Notes: a model not told the origin generated them from the sequence alone. A stretch of DNA of 51,146 nt from Nitrospiraceae bacterium (GCA_002726235.1 PBSN01000008.1:510635-561780); one strand, 5' to 3'; positions 32,657-42,290 are shown, numbered from the stretch's first letter. A program made the numbers and translations.

Positions 32657-32974
32657 AGTTGGTGATCCAAAGTTGACTTCGCGTATTGCTCCACATCCGA
32701 ATCCAAATCCACTCAATACACAAACCTCCACCATGGCAAAGGTTGAACGAAGCAAAGTAAGAATTTAAAAAAAACTGTTTTGGTACGGAGTGCTCCTATT
32801 TCTCAGTACATATCACCTTACATTTTTGGATTATACAAACTTTTGATCAGACGCTCAGCAAGTCATCCGTGAAAGATTAAACATTTACAACTTTAGATTT
32901 GCCGGAGGACAGATGTTATCAGGCTGGACAGAATTGCTGAATTTTAAAATCCCACGACTCCATCCAGTGTCCCA

Positions 32975-32985
32975 TGTGCTACAAT
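32975..32985 (+). promoter_or_regulatory. Extended -10 sigma70-type promoter element TGTG-C-TACAAT
   Basis: TGn plus 5/6 match to TATAAT, directly upstream of the structured GC-rich element. Confidence 0.55.
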
Positions 32986-33134
32986 CGTCGAAATTTAGGG
33001 GATCACTCATCTCCGAGTCTTCCGATAGGAGGGAGGCGTCCCATGCGCTAACCGACGGCGGGTTGGCCCGTGGGTTCACGCAAGGTCTGGGCCGGCGTGA
33101 CGCAATGCATCGCCGATTGGAAGGAGGTGATCCG

Positions 33135-33185
33135 ATGGGAAGTGATAGTAGTAACCCTGCGGCGAGTGAGGTGGCAACGTTCTAG
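33135..33185 (+). CDS. 16-aa small ORF MGSDSSNPAASEVATF
   Basis: Preceded by AAGGAGGTGATCC (33121-33133), with GGAGG 7 nt before the ATG. Confidence 0.5.
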   Translation: MGSDSSNPAASEVATF

Positions 33186-33235
33186 CCGCACACCTTTTTC
33201 TTCGGTGATCCCTGGGACGTATTCCCAGCGCCACC

Positions 33236-33299
33236 GGCCCGGAAGCGCGGGTGCCGGAGCCGCATTTGGATTTTCGGATCTGCTTCCGGGCTCTTTTTT
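33236..33299 (+). terminator. Intrinsic terminator-like structure
   Basis: GGCCCGGAAGC (33236-33246) pairs with GCTTCCGGGCT (33282-33292) around a structured loop, followed by CTTTTTT. Confidence 0.6.
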
Positions 33300-33359
33300 G
33301 CCTAATTCCAGTCTGCAAGGCACGCAAGCAAGGCAGTTAACACCGCCATAGCGTAAAGC

Positions 33360-35405
33360 CTAATCTTCCTCAGCTTTTGGCTTATACTGATCGATAATCT
33401 CTTGCTGAATGTTTGGTGGCACAACATCGTAGTGGCTAAGTTGCATAGTGTACGACCCTTGCCCCGCTGTCACTGCTTTCAGTTGAGATTGATATTGCCC
33501 CAATTCCGCCAAAGGCGCTTGTGCACTAATGTGGAGCATCCCACCAGGTAATGTATCGGAGCCCTGAAGACGCCCTCGCTTACTCGACAAATCCCCAGCG
33601 ATATCCCCCATATTTCCTTCTGGCACAATAATATCCATCTGGACAACCGGCTCGAGAATAACTGGCTTCGCTTTATGAATCGCATCAATCAACGCTTTCT
33701 TCGACGCAGCAACAAACGCAACCTCTTTGCTATCGACAGGATGATGTTTCCCGTCATATACACTCACTTTAATATCCTGTAACGGATATCCAGCAATGGC
33801 ACCTTGCTCCATCACTAGTCGAACACCTTTCTCAACTGCCGGAATAAACTGCCGCGGAATTGACCCTCCAAAAGTATTATTAGCAAACTCGAATCCACCA
33901 CCACGCTCCTGTGGAGCAATCCGCAAAAAAACTTCTCCAAACTGACCAGCACCCCCGGTTTGCTTTCTATGCCGATGATGTCCCTCTGCATTTCCAGTGA
34001 TGGTTTCCTTGTAAGCAATCTTCGGCGGATGAGTATCAACCTCTACGTTGTACCGGTTCTTCATTTTTTTGAGAATCACTCGCAAATGCATATCACCAAG
34101 CCCGTAGATGACAGTTTCACTCGTCGTTACATTGCGTTCAATGGTAAAGCAAGGGTCTTCGGCTTCCATACTGACCAATGCTTTCCCAATCTTTTGTTCA
34201 TCACCACGACTTTTTGCCTCAATGGCAAAACCGTTCATTGGCTGGGGAAAGTCCATCGGCTTTAATCTCACATCACCATCATCAATTTTGTCTCGCAACA
34301 CAGCATCAAATCGAATTTCATCGATCTTCGCCACGGCACAAATATCTCCAGGAATGCCCGTATCGACTTCAGCATGTTCTTTCCCCTGTAAACGCAGCAA
34401 ATGCCCTACCTTAAACGTCTTTCTCTCATCCCCAAGATGAAGCTGACTGTCCTTTTTGACCGTCCCTTGAAAAATTCGGAATACTCCAAGTTTTCCGATA
34501 AAAGGATCTGCGGTAACTTTGAATACATACGCCACAATCGACTTCGAGGGATCTGGCGTAATTTCCACTTCCTCACTATCTTCACCCTGGCCCTTGCGAA
34601 ACTCTTGCGCATTCCCTTCAGTTGGATTTGGCATCATATGTGAAAATATCTCCAATAACTCCCGCACCCCAACACCTTGCCGCGCCGATACGAAGCAAAT
34701 AGGAACTAGATGCCCGTCCTTTAACGCATTTGTAAACGGCGTATGGAGCTGTTCAGGACTCACCTCCCCTTTATCAAGGTAAGTCGTCATGAGATCCTCA
34801 TCCATTTCCACAACTTGCTCGACAATGGCTGTGTGCGCGTCAGTGGAAGATCCAAAGTCAACGTCCCCTTCCGCCTTATTAAAGACATCGACAACTGCAG
34901 ACCCTCCTCCACTGGGGAGGTTGATGGGAAGACACTCCTTGCCGAATAACTCCTGAATTTGGTCCACAACCTGCTCAAGATTAACCTCTTCTGCATCGAT
35001 TTTGTTCACAATAATTATGCGACACAGTTTCCTGTCAACAGCGCGTTCCATAACACGCCGCGCAACCATATCGACCCCATGTTGAGCCGTTATGACCACC
35101 GCGACAGTCTCGACTGCAGTAAGTGCTGAAAGCGCGTGGCCAGAAAACTCAATCATTCCTGGAGTATCGATGAGGTTAATATGGTGCCCAGCGTGATCAC
35201 AATTCACGATCGCGGAATTTAAGGAATGTTGATGCTCCTTCTCTTCCGGATCAAAATCACAAACGGTATTTTTCTTCTCAATTGATCCCAGGCTCTGGAT
35301 CATGCCTGTCTGATGCAGCAACGCCTCAACGAGAGTCGTCTTTCCAGCTGCACCCTGACCAACAAGTGCAATATTTCGAATATCTTGAGTCGTATAGCTC
35401 GGCAT
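33360..35405 (-). CDS. Elongation factor G paralogue (EF-G2/FusA2-like)
   Basis: IRNIALVG...GKTT, DTPG, NKID, GLGDMHL, KQTGGAGQFG, DGKHHPVDS; SD GGAGG before ATG 35405. Confidence 0.93.
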   Translation of the reverse strand: MPSYTTQDIRNIALVGQGAAGKTTLVEALLHQTGMIQSLGSIEKKNTVCDFDPEEKEHQHSLNSAIVNCDHAGHHINLIDTPGMIEFSGHALSALTAVETVAVVITAQHGVDMVARRVMERAVDRKLCRIIIVNKIDAEEVNLEQVVDQIQELFGKECLPINLPSGGGSAVVDVFNKAEGDVDFGSSTDAHTAIVEQVVEMDEDLMTTYLDKGEVSPEQLHTPFTNALKDGHLVPICFVSARQGVGVRELLEIFSHMMPNPTEGNAQEFRKGQGEDSEEVEITPDPSKSIVAYVFKVTADPFIGKLGVFRIFQGTVKKDSQLHLGDERKTFKVGHLLRLQGKEHAEVDTGIPGDICAVAKIDEIRFDAVLRDKIDDGDVRLKPMDFPQPMNGFAIEAKSRGDEQKIGKALVSMEAEDPCFTIERNVTTSETVIYGLGDMHLRVILKKMKNRYNVEVDTHPPKIAYKETITGNAEGHHRHRKQTGGAGQFGEVFLRIAPQERGGGFEFANNTFGGSIPRQFIPAVEKGVRLVMEQGAIAGYPLQDIKVSVYDGKHHPVDSKEVAFVAASKKALIDAIHKAKPVILEPVVQMDIIVPEGNMGDIAGDLSSKRGRLQGSDTLPGGMLHISAQAPLAELGQYQSQLKAVTAGQGSYTMQLSHYDVVPPNIQQEIIDQYKPKAEED

Positions 35406-35450
35406 GCTCAAACCTCCAGTTTTGTTCAATCTGCCATGACTACGCGAATG

Positions 35451-35894
35451 TTACCTCTGAATCTTTACCTTCACCGTCTGCTTACCCCATTGCAGTGCCT
35501 TTTTTCTTGTCGAAAAATAGAGATCAAGCCGGTTCGGCCCTTTAATAGCACCTCCAATATCTTCAACAACGCCTTTCCCATACCCCGGAATGATCATGAT
35601 GGTTCCATACGGATAGTATTTGATATCGGCGGCAATTGTCCCCTTCCTTGCTTTTACCCCGCTTGAGGTGATGCCGACCTTCTTTGGCTTTCCCTTACGT
35701 GGCCCACTCGCAATCACTGTTTTCCAGAAGAAAATAGGGTGCCGCTCCCAATTAGTACTGTATTGATCAGATGAATATGCAGTGACAAGCATTTCGCGTG
35801 TTTCATAGGTTGCACAACTCGAAAGCACGAGGAATGAGAGAGCTATAGTGAGAAGGGCAAAGACGAAATGTATCGGGGCGTTCTGTGTATTCAT
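35451..35894 (-). CDS. 3D (Asp-Asp-Asp) domain lipoprotein
   Basis: Lipobox LSSC; VTAYS, IAAD...YPYGT, IPGYG, EDIGGAIKG.NRLDLYF. Confidence 0.9.
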   Translation of the reverse strand: MNTQNAPIHFVFALLTIALSFLVLSSCATYETREMLVTAYSSDQYSTNWERHPIFFWKTVIASGPRKGKPKKVGITSSGVKARKGTIAADIKYYPYGTIMIIPGYGKGVVEDIGGAIKGPNRLDLYFSTRKKALQWGKQTVKVKIQR

Positions 35895-35988
35895 TGCCTA
35901 ACTGCTTCTCAAAGGAAACTGAACGGATATCGGTACAATCCCCCGACTGGACCAAGCGGGTATTCTAGCAAATCTTATGCATAGATAT

Positions 35989-38532
35989 TCACAATCCAAT
36001 GACAAATCGTTGAATATATTGGCTTTCAGGAACCAATATCCTCACACGATCAAGCAGGTCCGTTCGTTTATCGTAGTCTTTCTGCCGCTTCGCCCATTTT
36101 GCTGCAAGAAGCAGATTGCCTGCTGTCGAAGGCATTTGGTGCGACTCTGAAGTCCACCCCGGCCCTTGAAGCATATCATCAAAAAACTGAATTAATACCT
36201 CGCCCAACAATTGATGGCTCGAAAGGTGACTCAGCGGAGCAAGATATTCAACAAGGGGACGATCATCAGAATTCAATGGCATACCCTGAAGCAGTGGACG
36301 AAGCGCTTCCTCGTTTCCAGCGTATAAGAGGAAAAGACTCGGAAGATCCACGAGATAGGGATCCTTTGGATATACCTCACCATTAGATGTCGTTCCAGCA
36401 AGGAAGTCCCGTTCAAGGTCGATTTCGTGATTAGAGCCGACCAACCCCAACATTGGATATCGAGGATTAAGAGACCCACGCCATAATTGCACATATGGAA
36501 ATACAGATTGGAATGTCCTCGCGATAATCTTAAACTCCCGAGATCCAAGTTGATAGAGCGGAAGCCACTGACAAAATAATCCCCCTTCAGCCAGTCGATC
36601 ACTAATCTCAGCATAAAACTCAACGCTATACAGTGAGCCCGCATTCGCATGCCATGGGGTAATAAGATCAAGTGTGATGACATCAAAATGTTCATCGCTG
36701 CTATGTAAGACATGCCTCCCATCACCAATACGAACCTCAACTCGAGGATCAGAGAGCACATCACCTGTATAGTCGCGAAACATCTCGGCCGCTTCAACGA
36801 CGTGAGGGAGCAGCTCAACCGCAAGTGCTCGTTCTATCTGCTCCCCACGAGGCGTCAAATTCAGTGCGCTCATAGTAATCCCAGTTGCCACTCCAATGAA
36901 CGCAATGCGTCTTGGGTTTTCGTGCAATAGCAGTGGCAAATGCCCCATTCTTCTCTCCTGAATTTCTCCAGAAGTACCGCCAAGTCCATATGTATTGTTA
37001 ACCTTTAACTTTAAGTGTCCATCTTTACGCTTAAGCACTGCCACAGCAGCACTACTTCCCTCTTTATGAAAGAGGAGACTTTCTCCATCTTTGAGTCTCT
37101 GCAAGGCTCCAAGGGATGAGGGCACGACAAAGTTTCCGCCAACGATGATCGCAATAACGATCCATACGGTACATTGTTGGGAAATAGCAAACTGCCTTGT
37201 CATGGCTCCTCTCGACACACGGGCACGTCGTTCACACATGAGCATCACCACAAGGGCACATACCACATATGCCAACGCAATGAGAAAAAGACCTTGCCAC
37301 AACCCAAACAGCGGAATAACAACAAATCCCGCAGTGAGTGCCCCAAAAATCGCCCCAAGAAGGTTTGCCGCCATCACCCCCCCCAAACGAGCTCCGACGT
37401 TTGATGAGGAACCTACGATCAAACTCTGCGGGTGATATACATGCCAAAGAAGCGGAAGAATCATTCCCGCCGTAATAATCGGTGGCACCGTGATAAGAGT
37501 TGTAAGGCTCGCAGCCCAGAGCAACGGCCAGACGCTCACGTCAGCGTGAGGTTCACGCTCAAGGCCAGTGAGTACCATGAACAATGGTGGTGACAGACTA
37601 ATAAGCACCGCAGTAATGATTAGAACCCAGACCATCAGTTGCCAAGGGTGCTTGTAAACCCACTGGACTTCGCTGATCAGCCTGGCAACGATAAAGGCAC
37701 CCACCGCGAGACCTACTAAAAACGTCACCACAATGATGGCAAAACTAAACACAGAGTTGTGAAAAACCAAGGCAAACATGCGTGTCCACATCACCTGGAG
37801 GCAAAGAGTGAACAGCCCGGACAATAGCGCGAGGCTAAGAATTAGCGGCACTGATCCACCACCGCCTTGGATGGGAACCTCGATTGGTTTCGGATCATTC
37901 AAAACAACATGAACTTCGTCTGTCGCTATATACTCCTGTTTTGCATACAGCAACGCTACAACAGCAACGAGAAAATTAATCCCAACCGCAAAAATATAGG
38001 TATCCCAGACACCGATATAAAAGGGGAGAAAACAGCCCGTCGCAAGTGCTCCACATGCTGCTCCAAACGTATTGATCGCATACAAGCGCCCCCCAGATTC
38101 TGCAACATCATGCTTTGACATGCGAACGACTGCACGCCCCAAAACAGGAAGGGTTCCCCCCATAAACGTCGCAGCCGGAAGCACAGCAAGCACGGCAAGC
38201 GTCGCTGTCATGGTGAGGCCACCCGGTGTCACACGTGAAACCGGTAGCGATTCAAGCACTTCAAGTAAGACAGGAATCGGAAGCGCAGTGATAGCAACAC
38301 CAAGTTCTAAAACACCGTACAGACGAAGAGGAGATGTCACACGATCGGCACAACGTCCAATCCAGTGGTTACCCAAAGCCAAGCCGGCAAAGAAGGCAAC
38401 AAGCACCAGTGCGGTAGCATGCACGACATTGCCAAAGAGAAGCCCGAAATGCCGAAACCAGAGAATCTCGTAGATCAGCCCAGCAACGCCCGAAGCGAAA
38501 AATAGGGTCGCAAGAAAGCTACGAGGCATCAC
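35989..38532 (-). CDS. Fused membrane domain / spermidine-synthase-like SAM-dependent protein
   Basis: Multi-TM N-terminus with duplicated motifs (SGVAGLIYEILW..., LYAINTFGA); C-terminal IGVATGIT, VELLP, GDGR, FDVITLD, LYSVEFY, QWLPLYQ. Confidence 0.88.
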   Translation of the reverse strand: MMPRSFLATLFFASGVAGLIYEILWFRHFGLLFGNVVHATALVLVAFFAGLALGNHWIGRCADRVTSPLRLYGVLELGVAITALPIPVLLEVLESLPVSRVTPGGLTMTATLAVLAVLPAATFMGGTLPVLGRAVVRMSKHDVAESGGRLYAINTFGAACGALATGCFLPFYIGVWDTYIFAVGINFLVAVVALLYAKQEYIATDEVHVVLNDPKPIEVPIQGGGGSVPLILSLALLSGLFTLCLQVMWTRMFALVFHNSVFSFAIIVVTFLVGLAVGAFIVARLISEVQWVYKHPWQLMVWVLIITAVLISLSPPLFMVLTGLEREPHADVSVWPLLWAASLTTLITVPPIITAGMILPLLWHVYHPQSLIVGSSSNVGARLGGVMAANLLGAIFGALTAGFVVIPLFGLWQGLFLIALAYVVCALVVMLMCERRARVSRGAMTRQFAISQQCTVWIVIAIIVGGNFVVPSSLGALQRLKDGESLLFHKEGSSAAVAVLKRKDGHLKLKVNNTYGLGGTSGEIQERRMGHLPLLLHENPRRIAFIGVATGITMSALNLTPRGEQIERALAVELLPHVVEAAEMFRDYTGDVLSDPRVEVRIGDGRHVLHSSDEHFDVITLDLITPWHANAGSLYSVEFYAEISDRLAEGGLFCQWLPLYQLGSREFKIIARTFQSVFPYVQLWRGSLNPRYPMLGLVGSNHEIDLERDFLAGTTSNGEVYPKDPYLVDLPSLFLLYAGNEEALRPLLQGMPLNSDDRPLVEYLAPLSHLSSHQLLGEVLIQFFDDMLQGPGWTSESHQMPSTAGNLLLAAKWAKRQKDYDKRTDLLDRVRILVPESQYIQRFVIGL

Positions 38533-38633
38533 GCTAGAAAAAAGTTACAAACTTGGGAGGTTGCCAAAAGAGTGCAGCAAAAAAACAAACAAGGCGCGAT
38601 CGATCAATGCACGTCACGTATTGAGGTGGGTCC

Positions 38634-40016
38634 TCAACCGTGGTCGTGGTCTTGATCTGAACCGGCATCGCCATCAGGTGCTTCAAGATCACCAGCCTCA
38701 ATTGACACGATCGCACGCGGATTCTCCCCATCGGTTGGAATAGTGGCAAGAACCAGATGAGTTTCAACATCAATCACAGACACACTCCCAGATACTTCAC
38801 CAACATTCGGAACATAGATTCGTGTCCGATCTACACTGATCGCGAGATTTCGATCCCTCCCTGCCACTCCAACACCAATTCGAGTAACTTCCCGAAGCGC
38901 CGTCGGAAGAGAAGCGTCAACAACCAGAATTGTGTCTGTCCCCTCCCCACCTGACACGAACAATTTTGCATCATCGGCCTCAACCAACCTATTGGGCGTA
39001 AAAGAGAGATCAAGACGTGAAACAAGCGTATCGGTAGCAGTATCAATAACCCCAATACCCCCACTACTTGAAGCCTGGACTGAAAAGGAAACCCATATGA
39101 AATTGCCATTTCTGCTAGCTTGCAAGAATGTGGCCTGAGGAAGTTGATCAGCCGCGTTCCCTCTCGGAATACCAGAAAGAAGATCAGGTGTTCCAAGACT
39201 ATCCGCGTCAATGATTGCAATGCTATCACTCGCAGTCGGAAAACGAAGAATGACATAGACATGGCCGCTGTCGTGTGAATAAGCCATCACTCCGGGAGAA
39301 GGCCCAACTGGAATCGATACCGTTGTTGAAAGAAATGACGACACATTGGCTGGATCCATGTCGATAACCGAAATGGTGCCAGACAACCGGTTGCTCACAA
39401 ATGCGCGATCTCGCCTGGTACTGAAGGTGATGTCACTGGCACTATCCTCAACCTGGATCCGCCCAATTTCCTGGAGAAACGTAGTCGTTGTCGGCACTGC
39501 ATCAATGACGGATACCGAATCCGCCCTCGCATCACCCACTGCACCCTGATTCGCTACAAAGACAAATTGATGTGAGGGATCCAGAGCCACCTTTCCAGGT
39601 CGAATCCCAACGCGCACAACCCCTTCAACCGTATCTGTTGCCGCAAATATAGCAGTCACAGATCCAGTTTCAGGATTGCTGATATACGCATGGCCTCCTG
39701 CGGCTATCGCAGTATCACCAAGCAATGCGGTTTCGATGGGACCGTTGGCCTCGAGATCATCCCGACCGCCATGAGAAATGACCGTAATCTTCCCAACAAT
39801 CTGATCAAGATCTGATGAAGAGGGACCAGACCCGGCAACAAATACTTTTTCCTGCACCGCTTCATCTGAGGAGAGCTCAAACGGATTGGGAACATGCTCG
39901 GCAATATCCCCGCACCCGGCAAGCTGCAGCGTAATGACCAGCATGCATCCACACCGAGTGATAATACCAACTGCGCCTGAGTTCATACCTACGCTTCTTC
40001 CACTCTGCAGTTGCAA
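38634..40016 (-). CDS. YncE/YVTN-like beta-propeller lipoprotein with His-rich tail
   Basis: Lipobox LAGC; repeated YISN/FVAN...SVSVID...I.VG..P blades; C-terminus DQDHDHG. Confidence 0.85.
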   Translation of the reverse strand: MQLQSGRSVGMNSGAVGIITRCGCMLVITLQLAGCGDIAEHVPNPFELSSDEAVQEKVFVAGSGPSSSDLDQIVGKITVISHGGRDDLEANGPIETALLGDTAIAAGGHAYISNPETGSVTAIFAATDTVEGVVRVGIRPGKVALDPSHQFVFVANQGAVGDARADSVSVIDAVPTTTTFLQEIGRIQVEDSASDITFSTRRDRAFVSNRLSGTISVIDMDPANVSSFLSTTVSIPVGPSPGVMAYSHDSGHVYVILRFPTASDSIAIIDADSLGTPDLLSGIPRGNAADQLPQATFLQASRNGNFIWVSFSVQASSSGGIGVIDTATDTLVSRLDLSFTPNRLVEADDAKLFVSGGEGTDTILVVDASLPTALREVTRIGVGVAGRDRNLAISVDRTRIYVPNVGEVSGSVSVIDVETHLVLATIPTDGENPRAIVSIEAGDLEAPDGDAGSDQDHDHG

Positions 40017-40547
40017 TTATCCGTTGACTCCACCCAGGTACTGCTGCACACGCTTATCAAGGTCTTCTTTGCTCATGACGCGGCCAAAAATACGCTCACG
40101 CACAACCCCTTTGCCGTCAACAAAAAAACTCAGCGGTAAACCAAGAACACGATAATCTGCGGCGACATTCCCTCGTCGATCCATTAAGACAGGGAACGTC
40201 AACCCAAAACGATCAACAATTGTCTGCGCAGTGGCGTTGCTTTCGCCAAAGTTCACCGCCAATACCTGAAACCCTTGATGCTTATACTGTGCAAATGTTG
40301 CTTGCACTTCAGGGATTTCCTTCATGCAAGGGTGACACCAAGAAGCCCAAAACATCACTAAACTCACTTTGCCAAGTGCTTGATCGAGATTCACCTGAGT
40401 CCCCACAAGATCCGGCAATGTAAAGGTTGGGGCAATTTGCCCTGCCTCGATTGGGGCCGGCCGACCAGCAAGTCCGGACAACACAATTGCGCAGAAACAA
40501 ATCCCAATAAAAATCAGTGATACTCGCAGGTATATTTTCTGCATCAC
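40017..40547 (-). CDS. TlpA/ResA-family thiol-disulfide oxidoreductase
   Basis: N-terminal TM; APTFTLPDL, FWASWCHPC..EIP, YRVLGLP. Confidence 0.92.
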   Translation of the reverse strand: MMQKIYLRVSLIFIGICFCAIVLSGLAGRPAPIEAGQIAPTFTLPDLVGTQVNLDQALGKVSLVMFWASWCHPCMKEIPEVQATFAQYKHQGFQVLAVNFGESNATAQTIVDRFGLTFPVLMDRRGNVAADYRVLGLPLSFFVDGKGVVRERIFGRVMSKEDLDKRVQQYLGGVNG

Positions 40548-41614
40548 CTTCCCCCTGAAGTTAATCCAAAGGTCTTAGAAATACCAAAGATAATTCCCCA
40601 GCTCGGAACAAGATTGCTTTCATTGACGCGTTGATAAACAGGAATTTGCCCAAAGGCATACAATTGAGTTGTCGGATTGGGCTGCAACCGAACCCCAGGA
40701 GTGAGATTGACCCACTCCCCTCCGGTCCCATCGACGGCTTGCCCAAGAAATTTATCATGAGGTTGGTAGCGAGCATTCACCTGGCCACTGAGATTGAGAT
40801 ACGGCAAAACCTGATATCCTAATCCGGCATTGAGTAACGTAATATTCCCAAACAAATAGTCACGGCTATTTTCAGTATTAACCTGCTGCGAGCCAGAGAA
40901 AAACGCATCAAGCTGATGTGGGAAAATCTGATACGAATAAAACATACTTGCCAAACCATCGAACGACCCGGTTCCCGGCATAAGCGTAGGCTCATTAATC
41001 GAACCAAAAGAATCTCTGAGGTTATATTCTCCGGTGGGAAACTTTATCCCAAGTCCTCCCACCAAAAGATGCTTAGTGGTCGTCAGCAAATTATATTTTC
41101 CAATCACCCGCACATCCCCAAACCCATCCGTCCCGTCAGATCGGAAAAAGGTCCCTTCCGGATCCGATGCGTTAATCCCATCGTAGTGTTCATGAATCCG
41201 TTGATTAAAGAACGGAACAGCGAGTTGTACGGTAAAGTCAGTCGTTACCCCATAACTAAGATCAAACTGAGCTAGGTTATTGAGCGTCGTAACTTCGCGA
41301 TGATGATCAGGCTCAATAAAGTTTTCTTCGAAATTGACTTTAGGCGTGAAGACTTGATCAATGTGTTGGGTTCCCCGCTGCCCACGATCCATATCCACGT
41401 GCCGAAAAGAGAGATCAGCAACAAACTGTCCTTGTGGAGATAATCCCTCTTGCGTTCCAGTGACCAAGAAGCAATTCGATCCACCACAACTGGCGAAACC
41501 TGTCGCTACCCAGAGCAAAAAGATCCCTGGAACCACGACGAGCAAAGAGGCGAGAGGGATGATCAACCCTCTCGCCCAAACTCGACTTCTACTTTTCTCT
41601 ATCAACAGTTCCAA
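40544..41614 (-). CDS. Putative outer-membrane beta-barrel transporter with N-terminal CxxxxC (probable TTG start 41614)
   Basis: Signal peptide then SCGGSNC; GFGDVRV, GLGIKFPTG, PGTGSFD, LTPGVR, QIPVYQRVN; amphipathic strands; GGAGGGG 6 nt before the TTG. Confidence 0.75.
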   Translation of the reverse strand: MELLIEKSRSRVWARGLIIPLASLLVVVPGIFLLWVATGFASCGGSNCFLVTGTQEGLSPQGQFVADLSFRHVDMDRGQRGTQHIDQVFTPKVNFEENFIEPDHHREVTTLNNLAQFDLSYGVTTDFTVQLAVPFFNQRIHEHYDGINASDPEGTFFRSDGTDGFGDVRVIGKYNLLTTTKHLLVGGLGIKFPTGEYNLRDSFGSINEPTLMPGTGSFDGLASMFYSYQIFPHQLDAFFSGSQQVNTENSRDYLFGNITLLNAGLGYQVLPYLNLSGQVNARYQPHDKFLGQAVDGTGGEWVNLTPGVRLQPNPTTQLYAFGQIPVYQRVNESNLVPSWGIIFGISKTFGLTSGGR

Positions 41615-42290
41615 AGAGCACCCCTCCAAAGTGGACGCGTGCGTTCTTCGGTGTTGGCGTTCCCTGAATAAACTGAGTGTTGGTGATTGCTTCGGGATTA
41701 GTATCAAACCAAATCGCGATATGCGCAGGATTCAGCCCACCTCCACCGCTGAGAATAATTTCCACTGACTCTGGAGCCCCCAAACCAAACTGCTCGTTTC
41801 CATTGGACGAGATAATCGCGTCTCCGAGCACATGAAGTGTTTCTCCATCCACATTTATGACTTCTCCACTCTCCATTGAGATCTGCATCGCATGCCAGTT
41901 GCGCAGCGTTCCGCCTCCAAGTAGCCCTGCAGTTGGTTCCGACGACCTCACCATGGAAAGATTCGCCTCAAAACTTTTGAGCGCTTCAGCGGCTTGGTCA
42001 ACTTTTAACTTCCAGGCTCCTTGCAAAACCCATGGTCCAGGTGGTGCGGTATGCGTCTCTTGAAGACGCGCACTTCCAGTGGGAAGACCTGGTTGCGTGA
42101 TGTGAAAGATTGAACCCTTAAACATCGTCGACGACTCAGAGATATGGTCATGGTCGCTATCAGCATCATGGTCAGCTTCCTGGGCAAACGTGGATGAAAC
42201 TCCCATCATCGATACCGAGTGCATATACAGTCCGTAGAACGCAATGACCGCGAAAAACGCAATCAAACCTACTTTCGTCACGAATTTCAT
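41589..42290 (-). CDS. Uncharacterised secreted His-containing protein (paralogue of 45803-46453)
   Basis: SD AGGAGG; signal/TM segment; DHDADSDHDH; FHITQPG, RNWH, NARVHFG. Confidence 0.85.
   Translation of the reverse strand: MKFVTKVGLIAFFAVIAFYGLYMHSVSMMGVSSTFAQEADHDADSDHDHISESSTMFKGSIFHITQPGLPTGSARLQETHTAPPGPWVLQGAWKLKVDQAAEALKSFEANLSMVRSSEPTAGLLGGGTLRNWHAMQISMESGEVINVDGETLHVLGDAIISSNGNEQFGLGAPESVEIILSGGGGLNPAHIAIWFDTNPEAITNTQFIQGTPTPKNARVHFGGVLFGTVDREK

Larger units (their letters stand above)
32992..33300 (+). ncRNA. Putative structured RNA / micro-ORF transcript of unknown family
   Basis: GC-rich island after AT-rich DNA; GGGGATCAC (32998-33006) pairs with GTGATCCCT (33205-33213); hairpins GCTAACC/GGTTGGC, GGCCC/GGGCC, CGGCG/CGCCG, TGCGGC/GCCGCA, CTGGGA/TCCCAG; bounded by a promoter and a terminator. 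Confidence 0.6.

Noticed and set aside
33119..33135. 16S rRNA 3'-end fragment on the minus strand (GGATCACCTCCTT)
   Set aside because: The flanking sequence lacks the helix 45 context (GGGGAACCTGCGG...); only the 13-mer matches
33135..33185. Type I toxin
   Set aside because: The peptide is hydrophilic with no TM segment, and no antisense unit is evident
32998..33236. tmRNA or tRNA-like gene (GGGG start, ...CCACC end, short internal ORF)
   Set aside because: No TTCRA T-loop, no matching acceptor stem or CCA end; the ORF has its own SD and ATG and lacks an Ala-Ala tag end
32913..33351. 83-93 aa ORFs across the structured element
   Set aside because: Overlapping frames on both strands, no SD, no recognisable motifs; expected in GC-rich structured DNA
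41615..41707. Long N-terminal extension of the barrel ORF
   Set aside because: Would overlap the upstream gene by about 120 nt; an SD-supported TTG at 41614 fits better
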